Shown here piece after piece: positions 26,860 to 40,099 of a DNA stretch of 64,000 nt. The stretch is taken from contig NC_043005.1 in the NCBI RefSeq assembly GCF_006345805.1, positions 81,096,001 through 81,160,000 on the forward strand, in the 5' to 3' direction. Position numbers and translations under genes: made by a program. Source of the stretch: Octopus sinensis (Eukaryota). Every line of letters begins with the position of its first letter. Positions within the stretch are counted from its first letter, which is position 1. The notes below the pieces were generated by a model that did not search any database, was not told where the DNA came from, and saw only the letters and a list, made by a program, of their open reading frames with translations.

Positions 26860-27066
26860 AACTACATACATGATGAGGGCAGATATCCGTCAAATGTAAA
26901 TAATATAAATCAACCTGTGTGGTTAACAAACACGATTTAGCAGCCATACGTTTCCTTGCTCAATCCTCCTATGCGTCACCTTGTTTTTTTTTGGTTTTTT
27001 TACTACATCTTTGAGTAGACCAAAGCCTTGTGAGGTAATTTGGTAGTGATAAACTGTGTGAAATGT

Positions 27067-27370
27067 GGAGGCATATGGCCTAGTGGTTAGAGCAGCGGAC
27101 TCGTGGTTGAGGGATCGTGGGTTTGAATCTCAGACCGGGAGATGTGTGCGTTTATCAGCGAATCACCTAAGCCCCATACGGCTCCAGCAGAAGGTAATAG
27201 CAAACTTCTGCTGACTCTTTCAGCGCAACTTTCTGTAACTCTTTCCTCCTGTATCTAGCAGTTCAGCTGCGACGGACCGGTGTGCTGTCCAGGTGGGGTA
27301 CCTATGAAACAGGGGAATCGGCCCTTATGAGCCAGGCATGTCTCGAGAAGAAACAAGCAACAGAACAACA
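27067..27370 (+). mobile_element. SINE family C variant
   Basis: TGGCCTAGTGGTTAGAGCAGCGGACTC..TTTGAATCTC head; body homologous to 4043-4418. Confidence 0.7.
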
Positions 27371-27624
27371 AATTGTGTAAAATACCGTCGTATATATGTG
27401 CTTTTGCGCTTGCAGCTGTCCTCGCTCTCCACCGGTGCTGGGTTGTTTATGTCCTCGTAATGGAGCGGATCGGCAAAAAGTGAGGTGAGAACAAGGACTA
27501 GATTTGGGAATAAAATGAATGCTGGTATTCGTTGGTTCGACTAAAGTTTTTATGGAATTGTTTCTGAAACGAGAGAGTGAAACAAAGATGTCATAAAATA
27601 TTATATAAGAATGAAGTACGTTAT

Positions 27625-27658
<34 letters not shown>

Positions 27659-27671
27659 GTGTGTGTGTGTG

Positions 27672-27709
<38 letters not shown>

Positions 27710-29039
27710 ATTAAAAATATATATAAAAATACAAAATGGGACAAGAACGCAAAACATTCAAATAGACGACACAAAAAACGGACGGGTCATTCGAAGCCTC
27801 TAATCTTCTGTCAATTCGGCTGATTAATCTTGAGATCTCTCCGATCCGGCCAGCCCCAAGGAAAAACTACGCTACGAGCATTAGATTTCTTTGGAAAAGG
27901 ATCGAATGTATACGAAACAAGGACAGCAAACCGGACGATGTCACACGAATATAAATACAAAAAAAAACAAAAGGTAATATGAATATAAATACAAAAAGAC
28001 AATAATAATAATAATTACAGGACAAAAACAACAGGCGTCTTTCGACTTTAGACAGTTCAACTTAGCTTAGCTGGCGTATTTGAAAGATAATGCTTTACGA
28101 CAGACAAAAAGATTCGATATGTCTGTGTGTTATCTTGTGTCTCTGCTTCTCCCATCAGGGCTTGACAACCATGTTTATGTAACTCGTAATATAGCGGTTC
28201 GACAATGGTGACCGATAGAATAAATACCAGGCTTAAAAAGAAAAAATATCCTGGGGGTATATTCATTCAACTAACTCTTCTTCAAGGCATAGCCGTAGTA
28301 TAAGAAGTAAAAGATAACAGATAACTTTACACACACTTACATTCACACAAATAAACACAATTATATCCTGGGTAAATAAATAATGAGTTTCTATTTTCAG
28401 CAACGTGACTCAGTTTATATGTTTTTAATTCCAGACTCTTTACGTTGAATACAGAGAAGCTTTTAGTAATAGTTATCTGATGAATCATGTAAAAGTTGGA
28501 AATGATAGCCATTTTAACGCAAATTAAGTTTATGAATTTTACGTACAGATGTCTTTGAGAGATTGAGTGTGCTCTGCTGCTGAACGACCAGATATCCATG
28601 AATTTTCTTTAATGGTCTGACTCACAGCATCATCTCATATATTGGGCGTCTACTTTTATTCTTTCATCGTGTGCAGCGCCATTTTGTTTAAATGTCTTCT
28701 TGTTGTTGTTGTTGTTGTTGTTCTTCTTCTTCTTCTTCTTCTTCTTCTTCTTCTTCTTCTTCTTCTCTTCTTCTTCTTCTTCTTCTTCTTCTTCTTCTTC
28801 TTCTTCTTCTTCTTCTTCTTCTTCTTCTTTTTTCCTTCTTCTTCTTTAGCCTTACACATTTCTTTAATCTTGTTTTTGATTTTTCTGTTCTTTTCTTATT
28901 CTTGATTGCTTTACTGCTGTATGTATGTATGTATGTATGTATGTATGTATGTATGTATGTATGTATGTATGTATGTATGTATGCATGTATGTATGCATGT
29001 ACGTTTGTATGTATGTATGTATGTATGTATGTATGTGTG

Positions 29040-29272
29040 TATGTATGTATACTCATTTACTTGTTTCGGCCATTTGACTGCGGCCATGATGGAGCACCGC
29101 CTTTAGTCGAGGAAATCGACCCAAATACTTATTCTTTGTAAGCCTAGTACTTATTCTATCGGTCTCTTTTGGCGAACCGCTAAATTACAGGACGTAAACA
29201 CACCAGCATCGGTTTGTCTAATGTTGTAGTGGGGTAGGACAAACACAGATACACAAACACACACAAATATAT

Positions 29273-29344
<72 letters not shown>

Positions 29345-30030
29345 AAGTGAATCCAAACAAGAAAACAAAAAAAAAAAGAGAAAAAAACACAGCAACGCAG
29401 GACGTGGAACAATTAAAGTATTATTGACGCTCAGGAAAGAAGGGAAGGAGGGTTTACGTTTCGAGCGGAGCTCTTCGTCGGAACAAGGAGAAGGAAAGAT
29501 CCCCAGGAGGGAAGACAGAGGAGACAATATTTGAGCTGGTGGTGCTTAAGAGATCATATATATATATATATATATATACTTGTTTCGGTTTCGGCATTGA
29601 CTGCAGCCATGATGGAGCACCGCTTTTAGTCGAGGAAATCGACCCAAATACTTATTCTTTGTAAGCCTAGTACAAGTAGAAGACACTTGCCCAAGGTGCC
29701 ACACAGTATGACTGAAACCGGAATCATTTCGTTGGTGAGCAGGCTATATATATATGTATATAGATAGATAGATATGTTTTGTGTGTGCGCCTGCGTAGGT
29801 GCATGTGTGTTTGTTCGTGCGTATGTGCGTGTGTGTATGTGTTTGTCCTGCACCACCATTTAACAACCATTGTTGGTTTGTTTACGTCCTCCGTAATTTA
29901 ACAATTCAACAAATAGAACCGATAGAATAAGTACCATGTTGAAAGAGTACATAAGTAGTCGACTTGTTCAAGTAAACCCTTCAAGTCGCTGCCAAAGCAT
30001 GGTCGCAGTCCATGACTGAAGCAACTAAAA
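29040..30030. mobile_element. cluster of SINE A fragments in both orientations around a hammerhead-bearing repeat (29345-29545)
   Basis: Family A 3' blocks at 29040-29275 (-), 29575-29740 (-) and 29800-30030 (+). Confidence 0.75.
29452..29484 (-). ncRNA. minimal hammerhead motif (U4C variant)
   Basis: GUU-CCGACGA-A-GAGC ucc GCUC-GAAA-CG-UA-AAC. Confidence 0.6.
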
Positions 30031-30354
30031 GCACCCAAATAAACCATGAAAATATCCGGTAATGTTAGAAATTTTCTAACTAAAACCACATTTCTATGTA
30101 TTGCACTTATCTTAAGGATCACTATTATATATTTCAAAGTTCGACACATGATCAGCAATTTCTGGGCAATGTTAAGTCTGTTAAATGTACTCTAGCGTTC
30201 AAATAGTATTTATTTTATCGATCGCAAAGGAAGGAAAGGCAAAATAGTCAACATCAGCGAAGTTTTGAAATCAGAATATAGAGACCAAAGAAGTGTGCAA
30301 AGCATTTTGTTCAGTGTGCTCTTTAATGCTAAAAGTTATTGTTAATATGTTTTC

Positions 30355-30720
30355 TAGTGGAGGTGTGTGGCTTAGTCGTTAGGCGTGTTAGATCCAAAGA
30401 TTGTGGTTTCGATTCCTGGACCGGGGGGCGCGTTGTGTTCGTGAGCAAAACACTTCATTTCACGTCGCTCCAGTTCACTCAGCTGGCGAATATGAATAAC
30501 CCTGCAATGGAAGGCGGTGAGCTGGTGCACCGGGCGAAATGCATAGCGGTATTTCGTCTGTCGCTAAGTTCTGTGCTCAAAATTGTACCTAAGTCGACTT
30601 TGCCTTTCACCTTTTTGAGATCGACGAAATAAGTACCAGTTACGTACTGGGGTCGATATAATCGATTGGCTCCCTTCGCCAAAAATTTTCAAGGTCTTGT
30701 ACCAAGAGCAAAAATAGTTA
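30355..30720 (+). mobile_element. SINE C head joined to SINE B
   Basis: TGGCTTAGTCG..TTCGATTCC at 30365-30420; GGCGGTGAGCTGG..GAAATGCATAGCGGTATTTCG from about 30512. Confidence 0.7.
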
Positions 30721-31063
30721 TTAATATATTTTCCGTCGTAGGATATTTTTTTCATGTTTAAGACACACACACATAAAGAAAATAAAAGCTATCATGCGAT
30801 GAGGACAGACAAGCAATGTCTGCTATAAAAGAAGATACAGGTGAAGAGTACGACGAAGGCGGTGAAAGTGGAGCGAGATTCATATTTACTGAGTTTAATG
30901 TACGTGGGTATAGCTAATGAAGTTCCTGAATATAATCCCTTCTTCCCTTGTAATCTTAATTTCTTATTACTGCTCTGTACTCGACTAACGTTTTTGTTCT
31001 AAACCGTATGCATATTACGCTCTATCTTCGCTATACCGAAGCGAAATAATAATGATAATAAAC

Positions 31064-31107
<44 letters not shown>

Positions 31108-31728
31108 GCGCGCAAACAGAAAATACGTTGCTATAAGCAGATATCTATGCTCTATGGCTACGTATAACTGAATGTGTATGCGTCTGTATATGTTCAAAGA
31201 AGCGCTGAGAGAAGCATAAACCTTTTAGAATATAGTTTGTAGTTAGATGCGTGAGAGAAGGAAAAGGAGAGAATGTAAGGGAAAGATAATGGAAGGAAAG
31301 AATAAGGAAGAGAGTGAGAAAAAGAAATAGAAGGAAAAGGACAAAAAAACGTGTCTAAGAGGAGATGAGATAGAACGTCTGTGCAACTTTCTAATAGGTG
31401 TGCAAATATCTAGATAATATAACATCAACGTAAACAACAAAAACTAAAATAGCAATGGTAATTTTTGTTGTAGTAGTAATATTAATAATGATAATGATAA
31501 TAATAATAATAGTATTAATAATAATAATAATAATAATATATAATAATAATAATAATAATAATAATGATAATAATAATGATAATAATAGTAAGAAGAAGAA
31601 GAACAAGAAGAAGTATTTAGGAATACATTAAAGATAATACTGATAATAATGGTAGATCGCCTAGTCACTTCAATAATAGCAATAAAACAGTAATAATGAT
31701 AATAATTATATTAGAAATAATAATAATG

Positions 31729-31773
<45 letters not shown>

Positions 31774-31822
31774 TAATAATAATAATAATAATAGTACTAC
31801 TACTACTACTAATACTACTACC

Positions 31823-31857
<35 letters not shown>

Positions 31858-31912
31858 TAATAATAATAGTATTAATAATAATAATAATAATAATAGTATT
31901 AATAATAATAGT

Positions 31913-31950
<38 letters not shown>

Positions 31951-32896
31951 TGATGATGTTTATGACGACGACGACGACGGCGGCGATGATGATGATGATG
32001 GTGGTGGTGGTAGTGGTGGTGGTGGTGGTGGTGATGATGATGATGATGATGATGATAGGAACGACGTCGAGGATAATGATAATGATAATATTATATAAGA
32101 TCGTTTATAAAGATTTGTACCTAAAAATTTGATGTACCATGTAAACAATCCGAGAAAAATAATAGGTGAACTGAGAGAAGATAATGGAAAGGAATGATAA
32201 AACATATACAATTATAAGAAAATAACAAAATGAAACCATTAAGGTATAATAAAATAAAACCAATAGCATTAATGTTATTACCAACAAGAAAAGAACACGT
32301 ACATATATATATATATATGGAGCAGGGTAATAAATTGTTAGGCAGAGAACCAGACATATTAGTCATCAAATATATATAGCAAGCACTATATTTGCTTCAG
32401 CAAATTTATAGCATCGACCTCTTCCTGCAACCATCTGCAGAATATTCAGGAAAAAAATAAAATGTTAAAAGGAATAAAAGGAGAAATGGTGCGTTTAAGT
32501 ACCACTGTGTGTATAGTTAAATATGACATGTTCATCAGACAGAAATGTATGAATCGGCGAGAAAAATAAATGGAATAGGTCTGTGAAAGAATTTTGAAAC
32601 GTTGAAGTAAATATGTGTCAGTACACAGATAAGCATACAAACATATATATGTGTAAAAAATATATCTGTATATCTATGCACTCATATATACACATATATT
32701 ATTGTATTCTATACGTATGTTTTTCTTCATCAATGATTTATTTTGTTCTTAGGCGATTATAACACGTATTTTGAAAAAAATATGTAGCAAATTCTCCTTC
32801 TTTTTCTCACTCTCTGTGTGTATGTACATATATACATACATACAATTGTGTGCGTGTAAGTGCTTATGAGCATGTGTACGTATATATGTATTTCTG

Positions 32897-32939
<43 letters not shown>

Positions 32940-33514
32940 TATACATATTATATATGCATGTACGCCTGTGCTTTCGTATGCGTGCGTGTGTATGTATTCA
33001 TCAATTCGCGTTAGTTTGGTTTTGGTTTTTCTCTGCCAAGTCCAAAATTAATCTACGTCGATTTTGTCGTAATGTAATTCATGTATTCTTTTTTTCCTTA
33101 ACTCTCTTTCTCACTAATGTGCATACTCTCAGTCCTGAGTAGACTCAATGACGCATCCATACGGTTAAACCCATGGAGGTGATATATCCGGAACTTAGTG
33201 TGACGAAACTATGTTGATTCTGGCCACCATAGATGACGAGAAGTATTTTATGTGTATTTGTCGCTTTTCATAATGGTTCTCCATATCACCTCAATTTCAC
33301 TTTCACTATACATACATGCATGAATGCATACAAACACAAACGCAGACATGTACTTATATAAATGCATATATATATATATGTGTGTGTGTGTGTGTATGTA
33401 TTAACACATCTTCAAATACAAACACACATATATGAGCATATATGTGTACATATGTGTATGTGCATAATCATCTATCTATGTATCTATCTATGTATCTATC
33501 TATGTATCTATCTA

Positions 33515-33554
<40 letters not shown>

Positions 33555-33556
<2 letters not shown>

Positions 33557-33644
33557 CTAAGCAATAAAGGGTTTTAGCAACGAATTGCCTACAACATACC
33601 GTATGTGGTAAGGCAATTCGTTGCTAAACCCTTATTGCTTAGTA
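33555..33644. repeat. near-perfect 90-bp palindrome
   Basis: TACTAAGCAATAAAGGGTTTTAGCAACGAATTGCCT.. / ..AGGCAATTCGTTGCTAAACCCTTATTGCTTAGTA with a loop of about 1 nt. Confidence 0.9.
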
Positions 33645-33744
33645 TTACTTAAATTTTCCTCGATGATGGCATTTACATGCCGAAGACTACTTGGTGTAAT
33701 TGATAATTATTCCAATTAATTAATTTCACCCTTCATTATTACGG

Positions 33745-33775
<31 letters not shown>

Positions 33776-34513
33776 ATATGCATGATCTATCTATCTATAG
33801 ATCTATATATCTATGTATTGTGTATATATCTATATTATATATTATAGAGAGAGAGAGAGAGAGATAATAGATAGATAGATAGATAGATAGATGTACACAT
33901 GCACACATATGTACACTTATATGCATATATTTGTGTTTGTATGCGTTTTCATTCACGGGTTGCTTAAAATTTCCCGTTTCCGAATGATTGTCTATAAGGT
34001 AGGAAGAACGATCAGTTTACATAAATTTTCTCATAAAACACCTTATGTGAATGATAGAATTTTATAGTATGTAATTCGACAGAGGCGCGAACCGTTGTTT
34101 TCGTGAATTTACTGTAAAGTGGGTAGGAAAAATAAAAGGCTTTAATTTTCATGTGAATAAACACACGCACAAAATCTCTCCACTTCCTTCTCTCTCTTGC
34201 TCTCTTTCTCTGCCTCCCACGCGTACAAACACTCATACACCTCCACACATTACCACATTCACACATTTGACGTACTCCTTGCCTTCGACTCACGAATGCT
34301 GTTTGAATAATTAAATCTAATTTGCTTGTAAAATAGATAGAAATATGCATATTTGAAAGCATGGAACAATGATATAAGTTAGATCAAACTGATGGATGAA
34401 GAAAGAAACTGAATAGGATGATCTATATATTGAATTAATTGGAAATAGCTGATGAATTTTCAAAAGCGATATAAAGGATAACGAAAATGTTAATAGAAAA
34501 CATATTTTAATAA

Positions 34514-34553
<40 letters not shown>

Positions 34554-34638
34554 CATATATACATATATACATATATACTTACATACATACATATATACAT
34601 ACACAGACAGTTTGTGTAAATAATCACACATACATGAA

Positions 34639-34709
<71 letters not shown>

Positions 34710-35067
34710 ACATACACCACACACACACACATATATATATACATATGTAAGTATGTTTGAAGTAAAATGTAGAGTGTATGATAAAAATTAGAATGGCAAT
34801 TATGAATTACTCCATAAATACACACACACATCTACAAACATACACACGTTAGTGCATATTCTTTTAAAATATATTAATTTAGTAATAGCAAATGTTATCA
34901 CGGTTGCACTTTAGAAGAGAAACGGGAAAGGATTGGATTCTGATGTACAATATATAATTAAGCAAAACCAATACAAATTGAAAGACCTAATTTCAATAAA
35001 ATCGCAATGAAATACGATAGACATAATAGAAGGTTATAAAAAAAAACAATATAGTAGACAAGATGGG

Positions 35068-35860
35068 TGGTGAGCTTTGCAGAATGGTTAGCACGCTGGA
35101 CGAAATGCTTATCGGTATTTCGTCTGCAGCTTTCATCCTTTCGGGGTCGATAAATTAAGTAGCAGTTACGAACTGGGGTCGATATAATCGACTTAATCCC
35201 ATTTGTCCTTCTTTGTTCCCTCTGTGTTTAGCCCCTTTTGGGTAATAAAGAAATAGGTATTTCGTCTGCAGCTACGTTCTGAGTGCCAATTCCGCCGAGG
35301 TCGATTTTGCATTTCATCCGTTCGGGGTCGATTAAATAAGTACAAGTTACGCTGTGGTGTCGATATAATCGACTTAATCCGTTTGTCTGTCCTTGTTTGT
35401 CTCCTCTGTGTTTAGCCCCTTGTGGGTAGTAAAGAAATAGGTATTTCGTCTGCCGTTATGTTCTGAGTTCAAATTCCGCCGATGTCGACTTTTCCTTTCA
35501 TCTTTTCGGGGTCGAGGAATTAAAAGTCAGTTGAGTACTGAGGTCGATCTAATCGACTTAATCTTTTTGTGTACGTCCTTGTTTGTCCCCTCTGTGTTTA
35601 ACCCCTTGTGGTCAATAAAGAAATAAATATACTAGATGAGACAAAATGGTGAACTGGCAGAAATGTTAGCTAGCCGGGATAGATGCTTAGCGGTGTTTCG
35701 TCTATCTTTACGTTCTGAGTTCAAATTCTTCCGAGGTCGACTATGCCTTTTATCTTTTCGGGGTCGATAAAATATCTACCAGTTGATTACTGAGATCGAT
35801 ATAATCGAATTACCCTCATCTCCCGAAATCGCTGGCCTTATGCCAAAATTTGAAACCAAT
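35068..35860 (+). mobile_element. SINE family B: one head with three tandem body units, then a second copy
   Basis: GGTATTTCGTCTGC unit starts at about 35114, 35256 and 35440; a new head at about 35645. The central TTTCATCCTTTCGGGGTCGATAAA block resembles the Meta/MESC-type SINE domain (from memory). Confidence 0.85.
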
Positions 35861-37270
35861 ATGCTTGACAAAATACTGCGAAGTATTGCAATCCATTATG
35901 ATGAATAACTAGAATTGAAAAAAGTTGTTAAGAAAGCGTTGACACAGAGTACTGAAACAGTCGCAGTATTTTCTCTCTGAAATTATATTAAAAATGATAT
36001 TATGCGTTAGGGTCCAAACGGTATTTAATTACGTGCTAAAATTTGTATGTGAATTTATAAACAAGAGTTTATGAGAAAGTAGTACGAGAATGATACAGAG
36101 TAAGGCAAGGCCCATGCTTCAGCTTTTATATACAATCAGTACTTCCACAGCTTTTATATATAATCAAGCCTTCCACAACGTTTCCGTCTTCTCCATTCTA
36201 TCCTCAAGATGGGAGGTACTTTTCTCGGTAAACTGCAATTGATCTGCCTCTGTATTTTCATGTAATTCTTCTGAAGGCTGCAATTGTTTATTTTCCTTTG
36301 TTGTACAGCAAACTGAAGGGCGGGTCAAACTTTATAGGCTCTTACCAAACGTGTTTCCATTTTAATACTTCCACACATAAACGCAGTTGCCAACTTTGGA
36401 CTCTCTCTTCCTCCTCCTCTTTCTCTCGTTCTTTCTCTTAATTGGTTAAATGATTAACCAATTGAAAACTAAAAATAAAGAAGTGAAATAACACCAGTAA
36501 GTGTGTTTGCTATTAGAATCCTCAACAGACACAATAAAACAAACATCATTGATCCTTTACAATTAAGTATTACTGCACGTTTATAAATCTGAATTAAAAC
36601 TTTTCTCTAAAACAAAATATTTTGAGCATCAGTATTATACTGTTGCTCAAAAGAAACTCTCACTTATAAAATGCTCGAAAGATGCTCTCGTTCATAAAAT
36701 TTCCTCGGGGCCCGCTATATTTGTAACACATACGACCTTAAAACCTACACAATCAGTAGAACCTTGGAGTCAAGCAAAATACATTGCGGTACTTAATTAC
36801 CTCCCTTTCATTACTCAGTTCTAATTTCCCTGGAACTGAATTTACAATATTCTATAATATTATGTCCTCGAGAAAAGAAATACCAGTAATATACTGATGT
36901 CGATTATAGCTGTTATTTATCTCACTTATGGTTCCCTCGACGGCGATGTGCCGCTTTCAGAAACAAATATTAAATGTTACTTGAAGCAAAGATTTCGACA
37001 TCCACTAAACGCATGCGGTGTGATATATCTTCAACGCGTTGACAAGTGAATTTAATCGATGTAAGAGTTTCTAAAAAAAGTTTCATGCGCGCAAGTGTTT
37101 ATTAGTATTTAGTTGTGAATGTGAATGTGTCTCGCGTGCGCATGTGGTACACAAATAACGCGAGAATCTGTGCGCGTATGCAGCACTGTAATATGTATTA
37201 AATGTTATTTATTTTATAAATGTGTACAAATGTGCTGTTGTGCGTTAGCAAGCACTTCTGATTGTCAGTA

Positions 37271-37347
<77 letters not shown>

Positions 37348-37484
37348 TATACATATATATAAATACATATATGTATATATACATACATACAAATATACAT
37401 ATATATATATATATATATATAATATATTTGTGTGTGTGTATGTACGTATATATATATATTATATATATATATATATAGATATAT

Positions 37485-37521
<37 letters not shown>

Positions 37522-38149
37522 CTATATATATATATATATATATAATATATATTATATATACATACATACATGCATATGTATATATTTAAACACACGTGTT
37601 TGATTGGCGTGCGTGTCTACATACACTTCCAAGTATGATTGCTTCTTTATGCGCATGAGCTGTCATGCGCAAGGCGTGTTCGTGCCCGTATGTGTACGTA
37701 TGTCTATAACCGTGATTGAGCGATTTTGTGTATATTCTTGCGAATGCTCGAGTAAATAGATCCGCGTGTTTATTACTTTGTGTCTGTGGTTGTGGTTGGG
37801 TGTTGCTCCTTTCATTTTATCAGAAATATATTTTCCAATACAGATGACAATGAATTATATTTATCTCCGTTGGATAAATAACCTCACTGTGACCCCTTGA
37901 AGGTTATTCCATCATTTATCCTAGGTTATTTATAAAGAAACACAAGAACATATACGCGTAATATTAAGAAATATTAAAAAAAATCGTAGAAAGAGCAAAC
38001 AGAAAACTGAAAAATAATTAAAAAATGAAAATCAATGTCGTTGTAGAATAAATTTTAATTATCTTCATTATAAATTAAAAACAAAATAAAAGAAAATATA
38101 CACAAGATAAATGATTGAAGGCATCTTATGTTTATTTAAGTTTCTGATT

Positions 38150-38470
38150 TTAACATTATTTTTTTCCTCTTTCATTATTACTTGTGGGTGCGTGGAGCGG
38201 CAAAACGGTTGCGCGTTTGAGAGAATGAGTCGGCGTATTTAGGCATGCTGGTTTATGATCTGAAGTGAAATTTGCCTTTCATCCAGTCGAGCAGAGGTTA
38301 ATAAATATATTATTAATCAAAAGCCGGAGGTCAATTAAATTATGAACCCACGCCCCACGGAATGTTTCAGGCCATTAACAATGTTCAAAATCGGAGGAGT
38401 CTTCAGAGCAACGTGATAAAATGCCTCACGTTAATTAACAAAAGACCTTAATGTTCCCAATTACAAATCT
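38150..38470. promoter_or_regulatory. candidate conserved non-coding element or enhancer
   Basis: Island not repeated elsewhere in the window, with clustered TAAT/TAATTAA, TTTATGA and AACAAT/ACAAAAG motifs; function is inference only. Confidence 0.3.
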
Positions 38471-38619
38471 GCACGGGAAACTGCTTTGTTTTCTATCCAC
38501 CCGTGGTCGATGTAACAAAGTAATGATCAGGACCTGTTGTCATCAACTGATCGTTCCCTTTAAAACTTCAACTCTTGTGCGTATAAGTGTTCGGTAAAAA
38601 TCTCTCTCTACTATAAATG

Positions 38620-39195
38620 ATATTCTTTTCTGCTTTAGGTATAAAGCCCGAAATTGTGGGGGATGGAGCTAGTCGATTAGATCGACACCAATACGCAACT
38701 GGTATTTAATTTATCAACCCTGAAATTATGAAAGTCAAAGTCAGCCGCAGCGGAATTTGATCTCAGAACGTATAGACAGACGCGATACCTATATCTTTAC
38801 TACCCACAAGGGGCTAAACACAGAGAGGACAAACATGGACAGACAAACGGATTAATTCGGTTATATCGACCCCAGTGCGTAACTGGTACTTATTTAATCG
38901 ACCCCGAAAGGATGAAAGGCAAAGTCGACTTCGGCGGAATTTGAACTCAGAATGTAACGGCAGAAGAAATACCGCTAAGCATTTTGTCCGAAGTGTTAAC
39001 GTTTCTGCCAGCTCGCCTCCTCCCATCATAAATGATATCATTTTCTACTCTAGGCACAATGTCCGAAATTTTGGGGGAGGGAGCCAATCGATTAGATCGA
39101 CCTTAGTACGCAACTGGTACTAAATTTATCGACCCCGAAAGGATGAAAGGCAAAGTCGACCCCGAATTGCTAACATTGTTGCCAGCTCGCCGCCT
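38620..39195 (-). mobile_element. cluster of SINE family B copies
   Basis: Repeated TTTATCGACCCCGAAAGGATGAAAGGCAAAGTCGAC blocks. Confidence 0.85.
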
Positions 39196-39394
39196 TACCT
39201 ACCATAAATGATATTAACAGTATTATGATCATGGTTTGGCAAAATATTTAGAATATCACACGAAAAGGACTTCGGCATTATGCACGGCTCCAACTGAGAT
39301 AAAATTTGCCTTTGATTTTTCGAAGATCGATAAAAGCAAGCAGCTGTCAAGTATCGTCAGTTCGGTCTCCTCCAAAACCAACGATATAAAATGT

Positions 39395-39545
39395 TTTATC
39401 TATCATCGTGCCTCTTATTTTTCGAGCACTTTCTGGAGCACTTTCTGGTCCAAGCAGTACTGTTTTCTGCAAGTATTCCACCCTTATTGCAGCCCCTATT
39501 TGTTCCACGTACTTCTCGTGATTTTTGCTCACTGTTCCGAAAGGA
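39395..39545 (-). mobile_element. short R4/Dong-like 3' fragment
   Basis: SKNHEKYVEQIGAAIRVEYLQKTVLLG; homologous to 43215-43300; abuts (TTA)n. Confidence 0.75.
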
Positions 39546-39571
39546 TATTATTATTATTATTATTATTATTA

Positions 39572-39657
<86 letters not shown>

Positions 39658-39714
39658 TTATTATTATTATTATTATCGCCATCATAACTATTATTATCAT
39701 TATTCTTATTAAGG

Positions 39715-40050
39715 CACTGTGCTGGCAGAATCGTTAGACCCCTCACTGTACAAAATGTTAAGTGGCATTTCGGCCGTCTTTACATTCTGAGCTGAAATTC
39801 CGCCGGTGGCGAAATTGCTTTTCATCCTTCCGGGGCTGAAAAATAAGTAGCAGTCAACAATAAGGTGGGTGCCAAGTGGATTCAGTAAGATATATATAAT
39901 GAGTTTTCTTTTATCGGCACTAGGCCTGAAATTTTGTGACAAGGGACTAGTTTCTGGCTGGTACTTATTATATTGACCATGAAACGATGAAAGGCAAAAC
40001 CGACCACGAGAGTATTTGAACTCACAACCGTACGACAGACAAAATGCCGC
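39715..40050. mobile_element. two SINE B fragments in opposite orientation
   Basis: GCTGGCAGAATCGTTAG head (+) and a degenerate minus copy at about 39900-40050. Confidence 0.65.
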
Positions 40051-40099
40051 TCATATGGATACAAAGGTAAACTTCTAATCAATTTCGTGACAGCATACT

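Larger units (their letters stand above)
25706..26910 (+). mobile_element. tRNA-head plus hammerhead SINE (family D) with an inverted 3'-end copy and a nested 550-bp element
   Basis: Head 25809-25875 (GTAGTGGTTAAG..GTTAGATTCC); internal (AAT)n; 3' part 26764-26910; inverted copy of the 3' part at 25706-25809. Confidence 0.85.

Noticed and set aside
35114-35627. CRISPR-like array
   Set aside because: The units are ~185-bp tandem SINE bodies with no unique spacers and no cas genes, in a eukaryotic context.
36440-36463. Perfect 10-bp-arm palindrome AATTGGTTAA-ATGA-TTAACCAATT
   Set aside because: Short and AT-rich, so plausible by chance; noted only as part of a candidate regulatory island.
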